From an uncultured Candidatus Rokubacteria bacterium (GTDB taxonomy: Bacteria > Methylomirabilota > Methylomirabilia > Rokubacteriales > CSP1-6): 64,000 bases of DNA. How positions within the stretch are numbered: position 1 is the stretch's first letter; each line of letters opens with the position of its first letter. The position numbers and the translations under genes were made by a program. Location of the stretch: assembly GCA_963747235.1 (NCBI GenBank), contig CAVVEU010000029.1, positions 128,001 to 192,000 on the forward strand. The letters run 5' to 3'. The notes below the pieces were generated by a model. That model ran no database searches. It had not been told where the DNA came from and was given only the letters and a program-made list of their open reading frames with translations. This document shows, piece after piece, positions 40,465 through 58,605 of the stretch.

Positions 40465-41712
40465 ATGTCCTCGTCCCGGGTGTTCTACGGCTGGTGGGTC
40501 ACCGTCGCCTTCTCCGTCATGGTCTTCGTCTCGGCCGGCGTGCGCCACGCGGTCGGCCCCTTCCTCAAGCCGATGGCGGCCGATCTGGGCGTGGACCGCG
40601 GCTCCTTCTCGCTGGTCATCGCGCTCGGCCTCTTCCTCTACGGCGCCTTCATGCCGTGGGTCGGCGGCCTCACCGATCGCTTCGGGGCCCGGCTGGTCAC
40701 CGCGGCGGGCTCGGTGCTCCTGGCCATCTCCCTCGTGCTGACCGCCTACTGCCAGAACCTCTGGCAGCTCGCGCTGGTCTACGGCGTGCTCGCCGCGCTC
40801 GGCCTCGCCTGCACCGGCCCGGTGGTGGCCAACGCGGTGGTCACGCGCTGGTTCGTGCGCCGGCGCGGCACCGCGGTGTCCCTGCTCGGCAGCGCGGCGA
40901 TGACCGGCATGAGCCTGCTGGTGCCGGTGGTGGCGTGGCTCATCGTGGTGTTCGACTGGCGGACCGCCTACATGGTGCTGGGCGCGGCGGTGCTGGTCGG
41001 CATGCTCCCGCTCTGCCTCTTCGTGGTGCGCGACTCGCCCGAGGAGATGGGGCTGCGCCCCGACGGCGACGCCCTGGTGCCGGGCGCGCCCGCCCCGATC
41101 ATCACCCGCACCTCCGCCGGCACCGCGGTGCGCACGGTGGCCTTCTGGCAGCTCGGCGGCTCGTTCTTCACCTGCGGGTTCTCGATGGCCCTGGTGGCCG
41201 CGCACGGCGTGCCGATGCTCACCGACCACGGCTACACGCCGATCTTCGCCTCGTGGGTGATCGGCGTGCTCGGCGCTTCCAGCATCGTCTTCACCCTGAC
41301 CCTGGGCCGGCTGTCGGATACGTTCGGGCCGCGGCCGGTGCTGGCCGCCATCTACGCGGGGCGCGCGTTCATCTTCGCCGGGCTCTTCCTCATCCGGGAC
41401 AATCCGGCCGCGATGATCGGGGTGGCCATCGTGGGCGGCATCACCCTGGCCGGCTCCATGTCCATGACCTCGGTGCTCACCGCCGACATCTACGGCCGCT
41501 ACTCGGTCGGCTCCATCCTGGGCGTGATCTTCCTCGTGCACCAGACCGGCGCCGCGCTCGGGTCCTGGCTCGCGGGCGCCCTCTTCGAGGCGACGGGCGG
41601 CTACGGCGCCATGTTCGCCATCGCCTGCGTCCTGCTGGCCGCCGCCGGCCTCGTCAGCCTGCACGTGGCCCGGGAGCCGCGCATGCTTCGCTGGGCCACC
41701 CTCACCCGCTAG
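40465..41712 (+). CDS. MFS transporter (OFA/MCT-like)
   Basis: FYGWW, GGLTDRFG, RWFVRRRG and GRLSDTFG. Confidence 0.88.
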   Translation: MSSSRVFYGWWVTVAFSVMVFVSAGVRHAVGPFLKPMAADLGVDRGSFSLVIALGLFLYGAFMPWVGGLTDRFGARLVTAAGSVLLAISLVLTAYCQNLWQLALVYGVLAALGLACTGPVVANAVVTRWFVRRRGTAVSLLGSAAMTGMSLLVPVVAWLIVVFDWRTAYMVLGAAVLVGMLPLCLFVVRDSPEEMGLRPDGDALVPGAPAPIITRTSAGTAVRTVAFWQLGGSFFTCGFSMALVAAHGVPMLTDHGYTPIFASWVIGVLGASSIVFTLTLGRLSDTFGPRPVLAAIYAGRAFIFAGLFLIRDNPAAMIGVAIVGGITLAGSMSMTSVLTADIYGRYSVGSILGVIFLVHQTGAALGSWLAGALFEATGGYGAMFAIACVLLAAAGLVSLHVAREPRMLRWATLTR

Positions 41713-41729
41713 AACCAAGGAGATCAGTC

Positions 41730-42038
41730 ATGGCCGAAGTGCTCACGGTGATCGCGAAGATCCGGGCGGTGAAGGGCAAGGGCGACGCGCTGGCCGCGCT
41801 GCTCAAGGAGCAGGTGGCCGTCGTGACGAAGGCGGAGCCGGGTCTCCTGATCTACCGCCCGCATCGCTCCAGCAAGGACCCCGATCTCTTCATCTTCTAC
41901 GAGCAGTACAAGGACGACGCCGCCTTCGAGCTGCACCGCAAGGCGCCGTACCTGGCCGCCTACCGGGAGCGCCGCGAGCGGGAAGGCCTGACCGAGGGCC
42001 CCGCCGAGGTCGAGATCTACCGCTCGCTGACGGACTAG
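41730..42038 (+). CDS. Antibiotic biosynthesis monooxygenase (ABM) domain protein
   Basis: AEPG, FIFYEQY.D..AFELH; AAGGAG RBS. Confidence 0.85.
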   Translation: MAEVLTVIAKIRAVKGKGDALAALLKEQVAVVTKAEPGLLIYRPHRSSKDPDLFIFYEQYKDDAAFELHRKAPYLAAYRERREREGLTEGPAEVEIYRSLTD

Positions 42039-42044
42039 CCCCAG

Positions 42045-42079
42045 CCCCTCACCCTGCCCTCTCCCCAGGGGAGAGGGTG
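42045..42079. repeat. BoxC/REP-like palindromic repeat, copy 4 (between convergent genes)
   Basis: CCCCTCACCCTG followed by CCCTCTCCCC-a-GGGGAGAGGG. Confidence 0.85.
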
Positions 42080-43281
42080 CTAGCGCGCTCGGCCGCGAGC
42101 TCCTTGCGGAGCGCGTCGGCCAGCCGGGCGAACTGCTCGGCGCGATTGTAGAGCTGGGCGGAGATGCGGACGTGCCGCCGCGGCGGCGCGGGCCAGCGGA
42201 AGATCGGCACCTCGATGCCGTGGCCGCCGAAGAGCCGCGCCTGGAGCGGCTCGGGCACCCGCCACCCGGTCTCGGCCGTCACGCTGTCCGGCAGGAGCAC
42301 GCTCGCGAGCGTGCCGATCATCTCGTCCGGACAGGCCGGCTCCGTCCCGACCGCGGCGCAGAGCAGCGCGCCGCGCCTCGAGGGCGAGCGCGCGGTTGCG
42401 CGCCATCAGGGCGGGCCAGCCGCCCGGCACCAGCCCGCCCAGGTACTCGATCGCCTTCGGCACGGTCAGCCACGCGGTCGGGTCCTGGGTGCCGGTCCAG
42501 TCGAACTCGAGCCGGAAGCGCGTCCGGCCGGGCCGCTCGCCCGTCGCGCCGTGGCTGATCGTCAGCGGGTGGATGTGGGCTGGCAATCGCGCCGCACCCA
42601 GAGGAAGGCCGAGCCCTTCGGCGTGCACAGCCACTTGTGGCAGTTGGCGCTGTAGTAGGCGGCGCCGAGCGCGCGGAGATCGAGCGGGACCATCCCCGGC
42701 GCGTGCGCGCCGTCCACCAGCGTCTCCACGCCGCGCCCCCGGAGCTCGGCGACCAGGCGCTCGATGGGCAGGATGAGGCCGGTGGCGCTCGTGATGTGGT
42801 CCAGCAGGGCCAGGCGCGTGCGCGACGTCACCTTCGCCAGCACCGCGCTCACGACCGCCTCCGGGGACGCGACCGGGAACGGGATCGTGGCCACCACGAC
42901 GCGCGCGCCGGTGCGGCGCGCGACGTAGTCGAGCGTGTTCTTGCAGGCGGCGTAGGCGTGATCGGTGGTGAGCAGCTCGTCGCCGGACGCGAGCTCGAGC
43001 GAGCGCAGCACCGCGTTGACCCCGCTGGTGGCGTTGCCGATGAACGCGAGGTCGTCGGGGTCGGCGCCCACGAAGGCGCCGAGGGCGGCCCGCGCGGCGT
43101 CGAGGCGGCCGTCCAGCTCGCGCCCCAGGAAGCGCACCGGCTCGGCCTCGAGCTCGGCCCGGAGCGCCGACTGGTGCGCGAGGATCTCGGTCGGGCAGGC
43201 GCCGTAGGAGCCGTGGTTCAGGAACGCCACGGTGGGATCGAGCGGCCACAGGGCCGCCCACTGGCTCTCGTTCATCGGCAT
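42049..43281 (-). CDS. Class V aminotransferase (isopenicillin-N epimerase/EgtE-like lyase); about 2 indels
   Basis: [26 protein letters not shown] (PLP Lys), GTQD and RISAQLYN. The true stop may be TAG at 42080. Confidence 0.85.
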
Positions 43282-43283
43282 GC

Positions 43284-44835
43284 TCAGAACCCCGGAGGCG
43301 GCCGGAAGCCACCGATCACGTCGGCGAGCCGGGCGGCCAGGTCGATGGGTGTCGCGTCCTCGAGATACGGGCCCACGATCTGGATGCCCACCGGCAGCCC
43401 GCCGGGCGTGAAGCCGACCGGCGCGGTCGTCGCGGGCAGGCCGGCCAGCAACGCGAAGGAGGTCCAGAAGCAGAGATCGAGATAGGGCCGGTCACCCCGC
43501 GGCGTGGCGAGGACGCGCATGAGCGGCGTGCCGGCCTGGTCGTGCGGAAACGCGGCCACCAGCGCGGTCGGCATCAGGAACGCGTCGTACGTGCGGAAGT
43601 AGGCCTGCCAGACGCCGCGCGCGACCCGGCGCCGGGTCTCCACGGTCTGCATGTGCGCGTCGGACGCGGTGACCGCGCGGGCGTAGCGCGCGAGATACGA
43701 GGTGTCCTGGCCGGCCGCGAGCTGCCGGAAGCCGGCGAGCTGCTCCTCGCGCACCGGCGGCGTGAATCGCGCGATGAGCAGCGTGTAGTAGGCGTCGAAC
43801 TGCTCCTCCGGGTTCACGCCCGGCGGCCAGCCCTCGGCGAGCTGGGCGCCGGCCGCGGCGCAGCGCCTCGATCGCGGCGGCGAGCGCGTCGCCCACCTCC
43901 GGCGCGACCGGGGCGCGCGGATCGTCGAGGACGTAGCCGATGCGATAGTCGGCGAGCCGGGTGCCGCGCGCGGGCGGCAAGGACCACCGCCACGCCCGCG
44001 CCTCGTCGCCGTCGGGCCCGCCCAGCACCTCGAGCGCCGCGCGCAGGTCGGCGGCGGAGCGCGCGAGCGGGCCGGCCACCGGCAGCGTCGAGGGCGGCGC
44101 TCGCCGAGATGCCGGGCGGCGGCGGGATGTGGCCGCGCATCGGCACCACGTCGAGCGAGGGCTTGTGGCCGTAGACCCCGCAGAAGTGCGCCGGGATGCG
44201 GATCGAGCCGGCGAGGTCGCTCCCCGGCTCGAGATACGTGAGCCCCGCCGCGAGCGCGGCCGCGCCGCCGCCCGTCGAGCCGCCGGGCGTGCGCGTGACG
44301 TCCCAGGGGTTGTTGGTCTGACCGTAGACCGCGTTGTAGCTCTGCCAGTCGGCGGCGAACAGCGGGACGTTCGTCTTGCCCAGGACGATCATGCCCGCGG
44401 CCCGGAGCCGCGCCACCACCGCCGCGTCGCGGGCGGGCACGTGGCTCCGCAGCGCGGGCGAGCCGGCGGTGGTCGTGACGCCGGCCACCTCGAAGGTGTC
44501 CTTGATCGTGCACGGCACGCCGTGGAACGGGCCCCACCAGTCGCGGCGGGCCCGCGCCTCGTCGGCGGCGCGCGCCCGATCCACCGCGTCCGGCGCCAGC
44601 GCGACGATCGCGTTGAGCTTGCCGTTGTGCTGCTGGATCCGGTCCAGGATCCGGGTCGTGAGCTCGACCGAGGACACCTGCCCGCTCCGGATCGCCCGGC
44701 CCGCGTCCAGCGCCGAGGCGAAGTCGAGGTCGCTGGCCCCTGCGCGCGCAGCGCGCAACGGGGCCAGCGCACTGGCCGTAACGGCCAGCCCTGCCCGCCA
44801 AGAAACCCCCGGCGCGTCAGATCCCGCGCGCTCAC
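43284..44835 (-). CDS. Amidase-signature family protein with Tat signal; several indels
   Basis: [41 protein letters not shown] and GLPVGIQ. Confidence 0.87.
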
Positions 44836-45983
44836 GGCGCCTCGTCGCCCGGCGTGGGCATCGTCCGTCCGGTGGACGCCCGCGCCGGGAACCGCGCGAG
44901 CGCCGCCTCGTCCAGCTCGATGCCGAGCCCCGGTCGCGTGGGCACCGCGATATACCCCGCCTTCACCTCGAACCCGGGCGTGGCGATCTCGCGGCCGCGC
45001 GCCTCGAAGTTCACGAAATACTCGGTGATGAGGAAGTTGGGGATCGCGGCGGAGACGTGCAGCGTCGCGGCCAGGCCCACCGTGGTGCTGTTGTAGTTGT
45101 GGGGCGAGACCGTGACCAGCGAGGGCTCGGCCATCTGGGCGATGGCGCGCAGCTCCAGGATCCCGCCGCAGTTGCACACGTCGGGGTTGACGATGTCGGC
45201 CGCGCGCAGCTCGAAGGCGCGCCGGAACTCGGCGCGGGTGTAGAGCTCCTCGCCGGTGACGATCGGGATCGCGATCTGCCGGCGGCATTCCGCGAGCGCC
45301 TCCAGGTTCGTGGAGGACACCGGCTCCTCGTACCAGAAGGGCCGGAAGCGCTCCATCTCGCGCGCGATCCGCACCGCGTGCATGGGGGCCAGGCGCCGGT
45401 GCACCTCGATCAGCAGGTCCACCTCGGCGCCCACCGCCTCGCGCACCGCGGCCACGTTGGCCACCGCCTGCTCCTCCGCCGCGCGGCTGATGTGGGTGCG
45501 CCAGGGGCCGGGGAACGGATCGAACTTCAGCGCGTTGAAGCCGCGGCCCACCGTGTCGCGCGCCCGCGCCGCGTACTCCACCGGCGTCTTCGCGCCGCCG
45601 TACCAGCCGTTGGCGTAGACCCGCACGCGATCGCGACAGGGCCCGCCCAGCAGCTCGTACACCGGGACGCCGTGGCGCTTGCCCGCGATGTCCCAGAGCG
45701 CCTGCTCGAGCCCGCTCACCGCGCTCCAGAAATCCATCGCGCCGCGCTTGGCCGCGAAGTCGTGGTAGGCCCAGTGCACGAAGTGGGTGATGTGCGACGC
45801 GTCGCGACCGACCAGGTACCGCCCGATCGCCTCCACGAGCGCCACGATGCTGGTGTCGCGGTCGGCCTGCGTGTAGCACTCGCCCCAGCCGTGCGGGCCG
45901 CCGTCGGTCTCGACCTTGACGAAGCAGAGGTTCTTGCCGCCGCCGAGATCGGCCAGGAATGGGGTGACGCGGCTCACGCGCAT
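44832..45983 (-). CDS. Mandelate racemase/enolase-superfamily dehydratase (galactonate dehydratase-like)
   Basis: GWGE, ALWDIAGK, LLGG, YANGW, KFD, EVH, EEP, TGE and PGLG. Confidence 0.9.
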   Translation of the reverse strand: MRVSRVTPFLADLGGGKNLCFVKVETDGGPHGWGECYTQADRDTSIVALVEAIGRYLVGRDASHITHFVHWAYHDFAAKRGAMDFWSAVSGLEQALWDIAGKRHGVPVYELLGGPCRDRVRVYANGWYGGAKTPVEYAARARDTVGRGFNALKFDPFPGPWRTHISRAAEEQAVANVAAVREAVGAEVDLLIEVHRRLAPMHAVRIAREMERFRPFWYEEPVSSTNLEALAECRRQIAIPIVTGEELYTRAEFRRAFELRAADIVNPDVCNCGGILELRAIAQMAEPSLVTVSPHNYNSTTVGLAATLHVSAAIPNFLITEYFVNFEARGREIATPGFEVKAGYIAVPTRPGLGIELDEAALARFPARASTGRTMPTPGDEAP

Positions 45984-46068
45984 GATCGTCGCTCCGGCCG
46001 CGATCGTATCAGAATCGAGCGGACCGGAGCGAGCGTGATACGATTCCTCTCCGGTCCTCGACCGCCTC

Positions 46069-47335
46069 ATGCACGCCCTGACAGAGACGTCACGGCGCGG
46101 CTCGGTCCGCGCCAAGCTGATGGCCACGCTGTTCGTGGCCCAGGTCTGCGGCAGCACCGGCCACGCCGATCGGCATGGCGGTCGGCAGCATCATGGCGGC
46201 CAGCATCACCGGCACCAATACCTGGTCGGGCGTGCCGATCGCGGTGGGCGCGCTCGGCACCGCGCTGGCGAGCTGGCCGCTGGCCCGCCTGATGGCGCGC
46301 TCGGGCCGCCGCCCGGGGCTGGCGCTCGGCTACGGGCTCGCGATGATCGGCGCGGTGCTCGGCCTGCTGGGCGTGGCCGGCGGCAGCTTCACGCTGATGC
46401 TGATCGGCATGGCGCTCTTCGGCATCGCGAGCACGTCCAACCTGCTCGCCCGCTACGCGGCCGCCGACGTGAGCCCGCCCGCCCAGCGCGGCCGCGCGAT
46501 GGGCCTGATCGTCTGGGGCTCCACGGTGGGCTCGATCATCGGCCCCAACCTGATGGCCCCGGCGCTCTCGCCTCGGCGCGCGGCTCGCCGTCCCGGCGAC
46601 CGCGAGCGCGTTCCTGGTCAGCGTGGTCGGCTACGCCATCGCCGCGCTCCTGACCTTCTGCTTCCTGCGGCCGGATCCGCTCGCCATCGCCCGCCAGGAC
46701 CAGGCCACCGCCGACGCGGGCCGGCCCGCCGGCGTCGCGCGCGCGCTCGGCGCGATCCTCGCGGACGTGCGCGTGCAGATCGCGCTCGCCACCCTGTCGG
46801 TCAGCCAGTTCGTGATGATCAGCACCACCTCCATCTCGCCGCTCTACCTCCACGACCAGGGCCACGCGGTCGGGACCATCGGCGTCGCGGTCTCGCTCCA
46901 CCTGGCCGGCATGTACGTGGCCTCGCCGCTCTCGGGCTGGCTCGCGGATCGCTTCGGCCGGCTGCCCGTGATCGCCGCGGGCGCGCTCCTGCTGATCTTC
47001 GCGGTGGGCCTGGCCGGGATCGCGCCGGGCACCGAGGCGGTGCCGGTCATCCTCGCGCTCTTCCTGAACGGCGTCGGCTGGAACCTCGCGTTCGTGGCCG
47101 GGCAGCGCGCTGCTCACCGACGCGCTCGCTCCGGCGGAGCGGGCGTCGGTGCAGGGCTTCGCCGACCTGCTCATGGGCCTGATGGGCGCGATCGGCGCGG
47201 CGGCGGGCGGGATGATCCTGGGGCTCTGGGGCTTCGCGATCCTGAACGCGGTGGGCGCGGTGCTGGTGCTGGGCCCGCTCGCGGTCACCTGGCTGCGCCG
47301 GCCCGCGCTCGCCTCCGCTCTCGAGCCGGAGCTGA
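46069..47335 (+). CDS. MFS transporter; about 3 indels, start uncertain
   Basis: GRRPGL, RYAAAD, HLAGMY..SP.SGWLADRFG and GWN, spread across frames. Confidence 0.75.
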
Positions 47336-48528
47336 TGCTCCGGCTGCTCCCCGACCTCCGCTACCTGGGCGCCGGCACGCTGCTCAACTCGGTCGGCATG
47401 ATGGGCGAGATCGTCGTGCTCGGCTGGCTCGCGCTCGAGCTGACCGACTCGCCCTTCCTGGTCGGCGCCGCGATGGGCGCGCGCGCCCTGCCGCTCTTCT
47501 TCGTGGGCGTGCCCGCCGGCGTGATCGCGGACCGCCTGCCGCGCCAGCGCCTGCTCATCGCCACCGGCGCGGGCCAGGCGCTGACCGCCGCCCTCATGGG
47601 CGTGCTCGCGCTGACCGGCGCGGTGAGCCTCGCCCAGCTCGTCCTGCTCACGTTCGTGGGCGGCATCCTGCGCGGCCTCGAGCACGCGGCGCGCCAGAGC
47701 TACGCGCATGATGTCGTCGGCGCCGCCGGGCTCGTGAGCGGCCTCGCCATCCTGGGCGTGGCCATGCGCGCGGGCTGGCTGGTGGGCTCGCTCGGCGCGG
47801 GCGCCATCATCGCGCGCTACGGCTCGGGCCACGCCTATCTCTTCGTCGCCGCCGCCTACCTGGCCGGCGGCCTCGCGATGCTCCCGGCCCGCGCGCTGGC
47901 GCCGGCCTCGCCGTCGGCGCCCGATTCGATGTGGCAGGGCATCACCAGCTTCGTCAACGCGGTGAACCGCGATCGCATGCTGCTGGTCCTGATGATGCTC
48001 ACCGCGGGCGCCGAGGTGCTGGGCTTCGCGCACCAGGCGCTGCTGCCGAGCCTCGCCCGCGACGTCCTCCACACCGGCCCCGAGGGCCTGGGCGTGCTCA
48101 ACGCGGCGCGCTCGGTCGGCGGCATCCTGGCCCTGCTCGCCTCCCTGCGCGGCTTCACCGCGGGCAGCGGCGCGCTCTTCGTGGCGGTGCTGGTGTCCTT
48201 CGGCGGGAGCCTGATCGCGCTCGGGGTGGCGCCCTACGTGGTCGGCTTCGCCGGCGTGGCGCTGCTGGTGCTCCTCGCCAACGCGGCGGGCGCCCTGGCC
48301 GATCTGCTCGCGCAGAGCCTGCTCCAGCTCCGCGTCCCCGCGCACCTGCGCGGGCGCGCCGGCGGCGCCTGGGTGGTGGCCATCGGCCTGGCCCCGCTCG
48401 GCCAGATCCAGATCGGCGCGCTCGCCTCGCTCTTCGGGGTCAGCGCGGCGCTGGGCGCGAGCGGCCTCGGCCTCGTCGCGCTCGCGGGCGCCACCGCGCT
48501 GCTCTACCCGCGCCTGCGCGCGCTCTAG
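47335..48528 (+). CDS. MFS transporter (DUF894/MFS_3-like)
   Basis: WLALELTDSP, GVIADR and LRGR; ATG within a TGATG overlap. Confidence 0.8.
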   Translation: MLRLLPDLRYLGAGTLLNSVGMMGEIVVLGWLALELTDSPFLVGAAMGARALPLFFVGVPAGVIADRLPRQRLLIATGAGQALTAALMGVLALTGAVSLAQLVLLTFVGGILRGLEHAARQSYAHDVVGAAGLVSGLAILGVAMRAGWLVGSLGAGAIIARYGSGHAYLFVAAAYLAGGLAMLPARALAPASPSAPDSMWQGITSFVNAVNRDRMLLVLMMLTAGAEVLGFAHQALLPSLARDVLHTGPEGLGVLNAARSVGGILALLASLRGFTAGSGALFVAVLVSFGGSLIALGVAPYVVGFAGVALLVLLANAAGALADLLAQSLLQLRVPAHLRGRAGGAWVVAIGLAPLGQIQIGALASLFGVSAALGASGLGLVALAGATALLYPRLRAL

Positions 48529-50082
48529 ATCAGGCCGCGCACGCTCCAGGTCGGCACCGGCCGGGCCAGGCCCTTCAGGGTGAGCGCCGCCCAGGTTCTC
48601 CGCGTCGATCAGGCCCTCCACCGCCGCCGCGACCCGCGCCGAGATCAGGATCTGCCCGCCGCCGGCCTCGCCGCAGAGCCGCGCCGCGAGGTTCGTGACC
48701 GTCCCGATCGCGCCGTAGTCGAGGCGCCCCTCGAAGCCGATCGCCCCGATGGTGGCGTAGCCCTGGGCGATGCCCACCCCGAGGGCCAGATCCCAGCCGC
48801 GCTTGCGCCAGCGGGCGGCGAGCCCGGCGACTCACGTCGCGCATCGCGATGGCCATGCGGAGCGCGCGCGCGGCCGCGTCCGGGACCTCGACCGGATCGT
48901 TGAAGAAGATCATCATCCCGTCGCCGGTGAAGCGCTCGAGCGTGCCCTCGTGCTCCAGGATGAGCCGGCCCATCTCGGCGTGGTACTCGCGCAGCACGCC
49001 CATGAGCTCCTCGGGCTCGGCCGTCTCGGCGAAGGCGGTGAAGCCGCGCAGGTCCACGAACACGACGGTCGACCTCGCGCCGATGGGTCTTGAGCGGGAT
49101 CGTCGGCGCCGCCGGCCACGATGAGCTCCGCGAGCTGCGGGGAGAAGAAGCGCTTGAGCCGGCCCAGGCGCTCGAGCTGGGCCACCTGCTCGGCGACGCG
49201 CCGCTCCAGCGTCCGGTTCAGCTCCGCGAGCTCGCGGCGCTGGCGCGCCTCCCGATCGTGGAGGCGCTTCTTCTCCAGGCACGCGCCGATCCGGGCCTGG
49301 AGCAGCACCGGCTCGAACGGCTTGCCGAGATAGTCCTCGGCGCCGAGCTGGATGCACCGCACGACGCTGTCGAGCTCGTCCAGCGCCGAGATCATGAGGA
49401 CCGGGATGTCGCGCAGGGCGGGATCGGCCTTGAGCCGCTCCAGCACCGCGTAGCCGTCGAGGTCCGGCATCATGACGTCGAGGAGCACGAGATCCACCGG
49501 CGCCGCCGCCAGCGCGGCGAGCGCGGCGCGCCCGCCGGCCGCGGTCTGCACCTCGTAGCCCTGGCGCCGGAGCCGGCGGGCGAGCATGTCGCGGTTGTCC
49601 TCGTTGTCGTCCACGACCAGGATCACCGCGCGGGCCTGGGCCGGCTCCCCGCCGGCGGATTCCGCGCTCGCCCCCTGCCCCACGCCCGGCTGCGCCGACG
49701 GCGCGGCCCCGTGGCCCAGCAGCTCGTCGAGGCGCTCGGTGGCCGCGCGGATCCGATCCAGGTCGGCCAGCCGCGCGCCGGCGCCGGCCTCCGCGGCCTG
49801 CCGTCGCAACGCTTCGCCGGCCGCGCGGATGCGCTCGAGCGGCGGGCCGAGCGTGCCGCGCGCGGCCGCGAGATCGGGCGGGCTCGCCTGGCCGCGCGCC
49901 AGGACCTCGTTCAGCAAGGTGAGCAGCTGGCGCGCGTCGGCGCGGAGCGCGGAGAGCCCCACGGCCAGATCGGGCTTGTCGTCGGCCTCCAGCTCCTCCA
50001 GGAGCAGCTCGGTGTAGCCGATGATGTGATTCAGCGGCGTGCGCAGCTCGTGACGAAGCTGCGCGGCGGGATCGATGCTCAC
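48525..50082 (-). CDS. HisKA-like helix + receiver + class III adenylate/guanylate cyclase; about 3 indels
   Basis: [14 protein letters not shown]; LVVDD..LLDVMMP..KP; FVDLRGFT, FTGDG, NLAARL and LKG. Confidence 0.85.
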
Positions 50083-50455
50083 GCGCCGGCCGCCCGACCG
50101 AGCTGCGCCTCGATCTTCTCGAGCAGCCGGGCGAGATCCACCGGCTTGGTGTCGAAGTCGTCGCACCCCGCCGCGACCGCCTTCTCGCGGTCGCCGGACA
50201 TGGCGTGCGCGGTGAGCGCGATCACCGGGATGCCCCGCGTCTCGGGCGCGGCCTTGATCCGGCGGGTCGCCTCCCAGCCGTCCAGGCCGGGCAGGCTCAT
50301 GTCCATCAGGATCAGCGCGGGCGCCTCCGACCGCGCCATCGCCACGCCCTGCTCGCCGTCCACCGCGATGGCGACCTCGTAGCCGCGCCGGGCGAGGCGG
50401 CGCGACAGCATGTCGCGGTTCATCTCGTTGTCCTCGACGAGCAGGATCTTGGCCA

Positions 50456-50456
<1 letters not shown>
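50079..50456 (-). CDS. Single-domain response regulator (DivK-like)
   Basis: ILLVEDN, LILMD, LTAHA and TKP. Confidence 0.92.
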
Positions 50457-57485
<7,029 letters not shown>

Positions 57486-57534
57486 CACTCGACCCCGAGG
57501 GAGGGCAGATTGGAGCCGGCACACTCTAGCACAG

Positions 57535-58603
57535 CTACCCGCGCGCCTTCTTCGCCCGCACCCCCGCCTCGCGCGCGTAGAGGCGCAGGACCGCGACCGC
57601 GAGGGCCATGATCACCGGCCCCGCGATCAGGCCGATCAGGCCCATCACCTCCAGGCCGCCGAAGAGCGCCAGGAAGGTCAGGATGATGGGCATCTCCTCG
57701 TCGCCCACGAGGCGCGGCCGGATCACGTAGTCGCTGAAGCCCACCACGACCAGCGCGCCCCACAGCAGCTCCACGACGCCCATGGCCGGGCTGCCGATCG
57801 CGAAGAGGTAGATCCCGGCCGGCACCCAGATCAGCAGCGTGCCCACCGCGGGCACCAGCGAGGCGATCGCGGTGGCCACCGCCAGGAAGAGCGGCGTCGG
57901 CACGCCGGTGATCCAGTAGCCCAGGCCGGCGAGGGCGCCCTGGGCGAGACCGGTGACGATCGTGCCGGACAGCGTCAGCCGCCCGACCCGCCGGAACTCC
58001 TCCAGCAGCGCGCGGGTGTACTCCGGGCGCAGCGGGGAGACGCCCTCGACCGTCGCGACGATGCGCGGCCAGTGGCGGAGGATCACGTGCATGGTGAGCA
58101 GCGCGAAGAAGAGGCCGAGCAGGGTCATGAAGGTGACCGAGGCCACCGTGCCCGCGGCGGAGGCCGACCCGGAGGCGATCTCGCCGACCGCGCTCCGGAG
58201 GCGCTCGGTCAGCGTCTCGGTGGAGAGGCCGAAGCGGCCGAGCCAGCCCGTCACCTCGTTGAGCCAGCCGAGCAGCGCGCCGCCCGGCTTGAGCCCCTCG
58301 CGGGCCGCGCCGATCAGCGCGACCGCCTGCGTCACGAACGACGACACGAAACCCACCACCGCGCCCACGATGACGAGCCCCGTCGCGAGCACGGTGGCGA
58401 CCGAGGCGAGCAGTGGACGCCGGCTCCAGCGCGCCAGGCGGTCGTACACCGGCTGGAGCGTGAACCCCATCAGCGCGCCCAGCAGGAGGCCGGTGGCGAA
58501 GAGATGCGAGAGCCACGCGATGACCAGCAGCGCGGCGACCGCGAGCCAGGCAAGGGCCCGCCCCGGCGTCCCGCGGCCCGGCTCGCTGGGCGGTGGCGGC
58601 CAC
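57535..58603 (-). CDS. AI-2E family transporter (start uncertain)
   Basis: QGAL, SLVPAVG, DYVIRP and FGG...GLIAGP. Confidence 0.85.
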
Positions 58604-58605
58604 CG

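Noticed and set aside
14249-42079. Palindromic repeats or the 14-bp tandem repeat as a CRISPR array
   Set aside because: The copies are dispersed or lack spacers, and no cas genes are present.
47149-48528. Apparent in-frame fusion of two MFS permeases
   Set aside because: A TGATG stop/start overlap at 47333-47337 and the local indel rate favour two genes; a fusion cannot be fully excluded.
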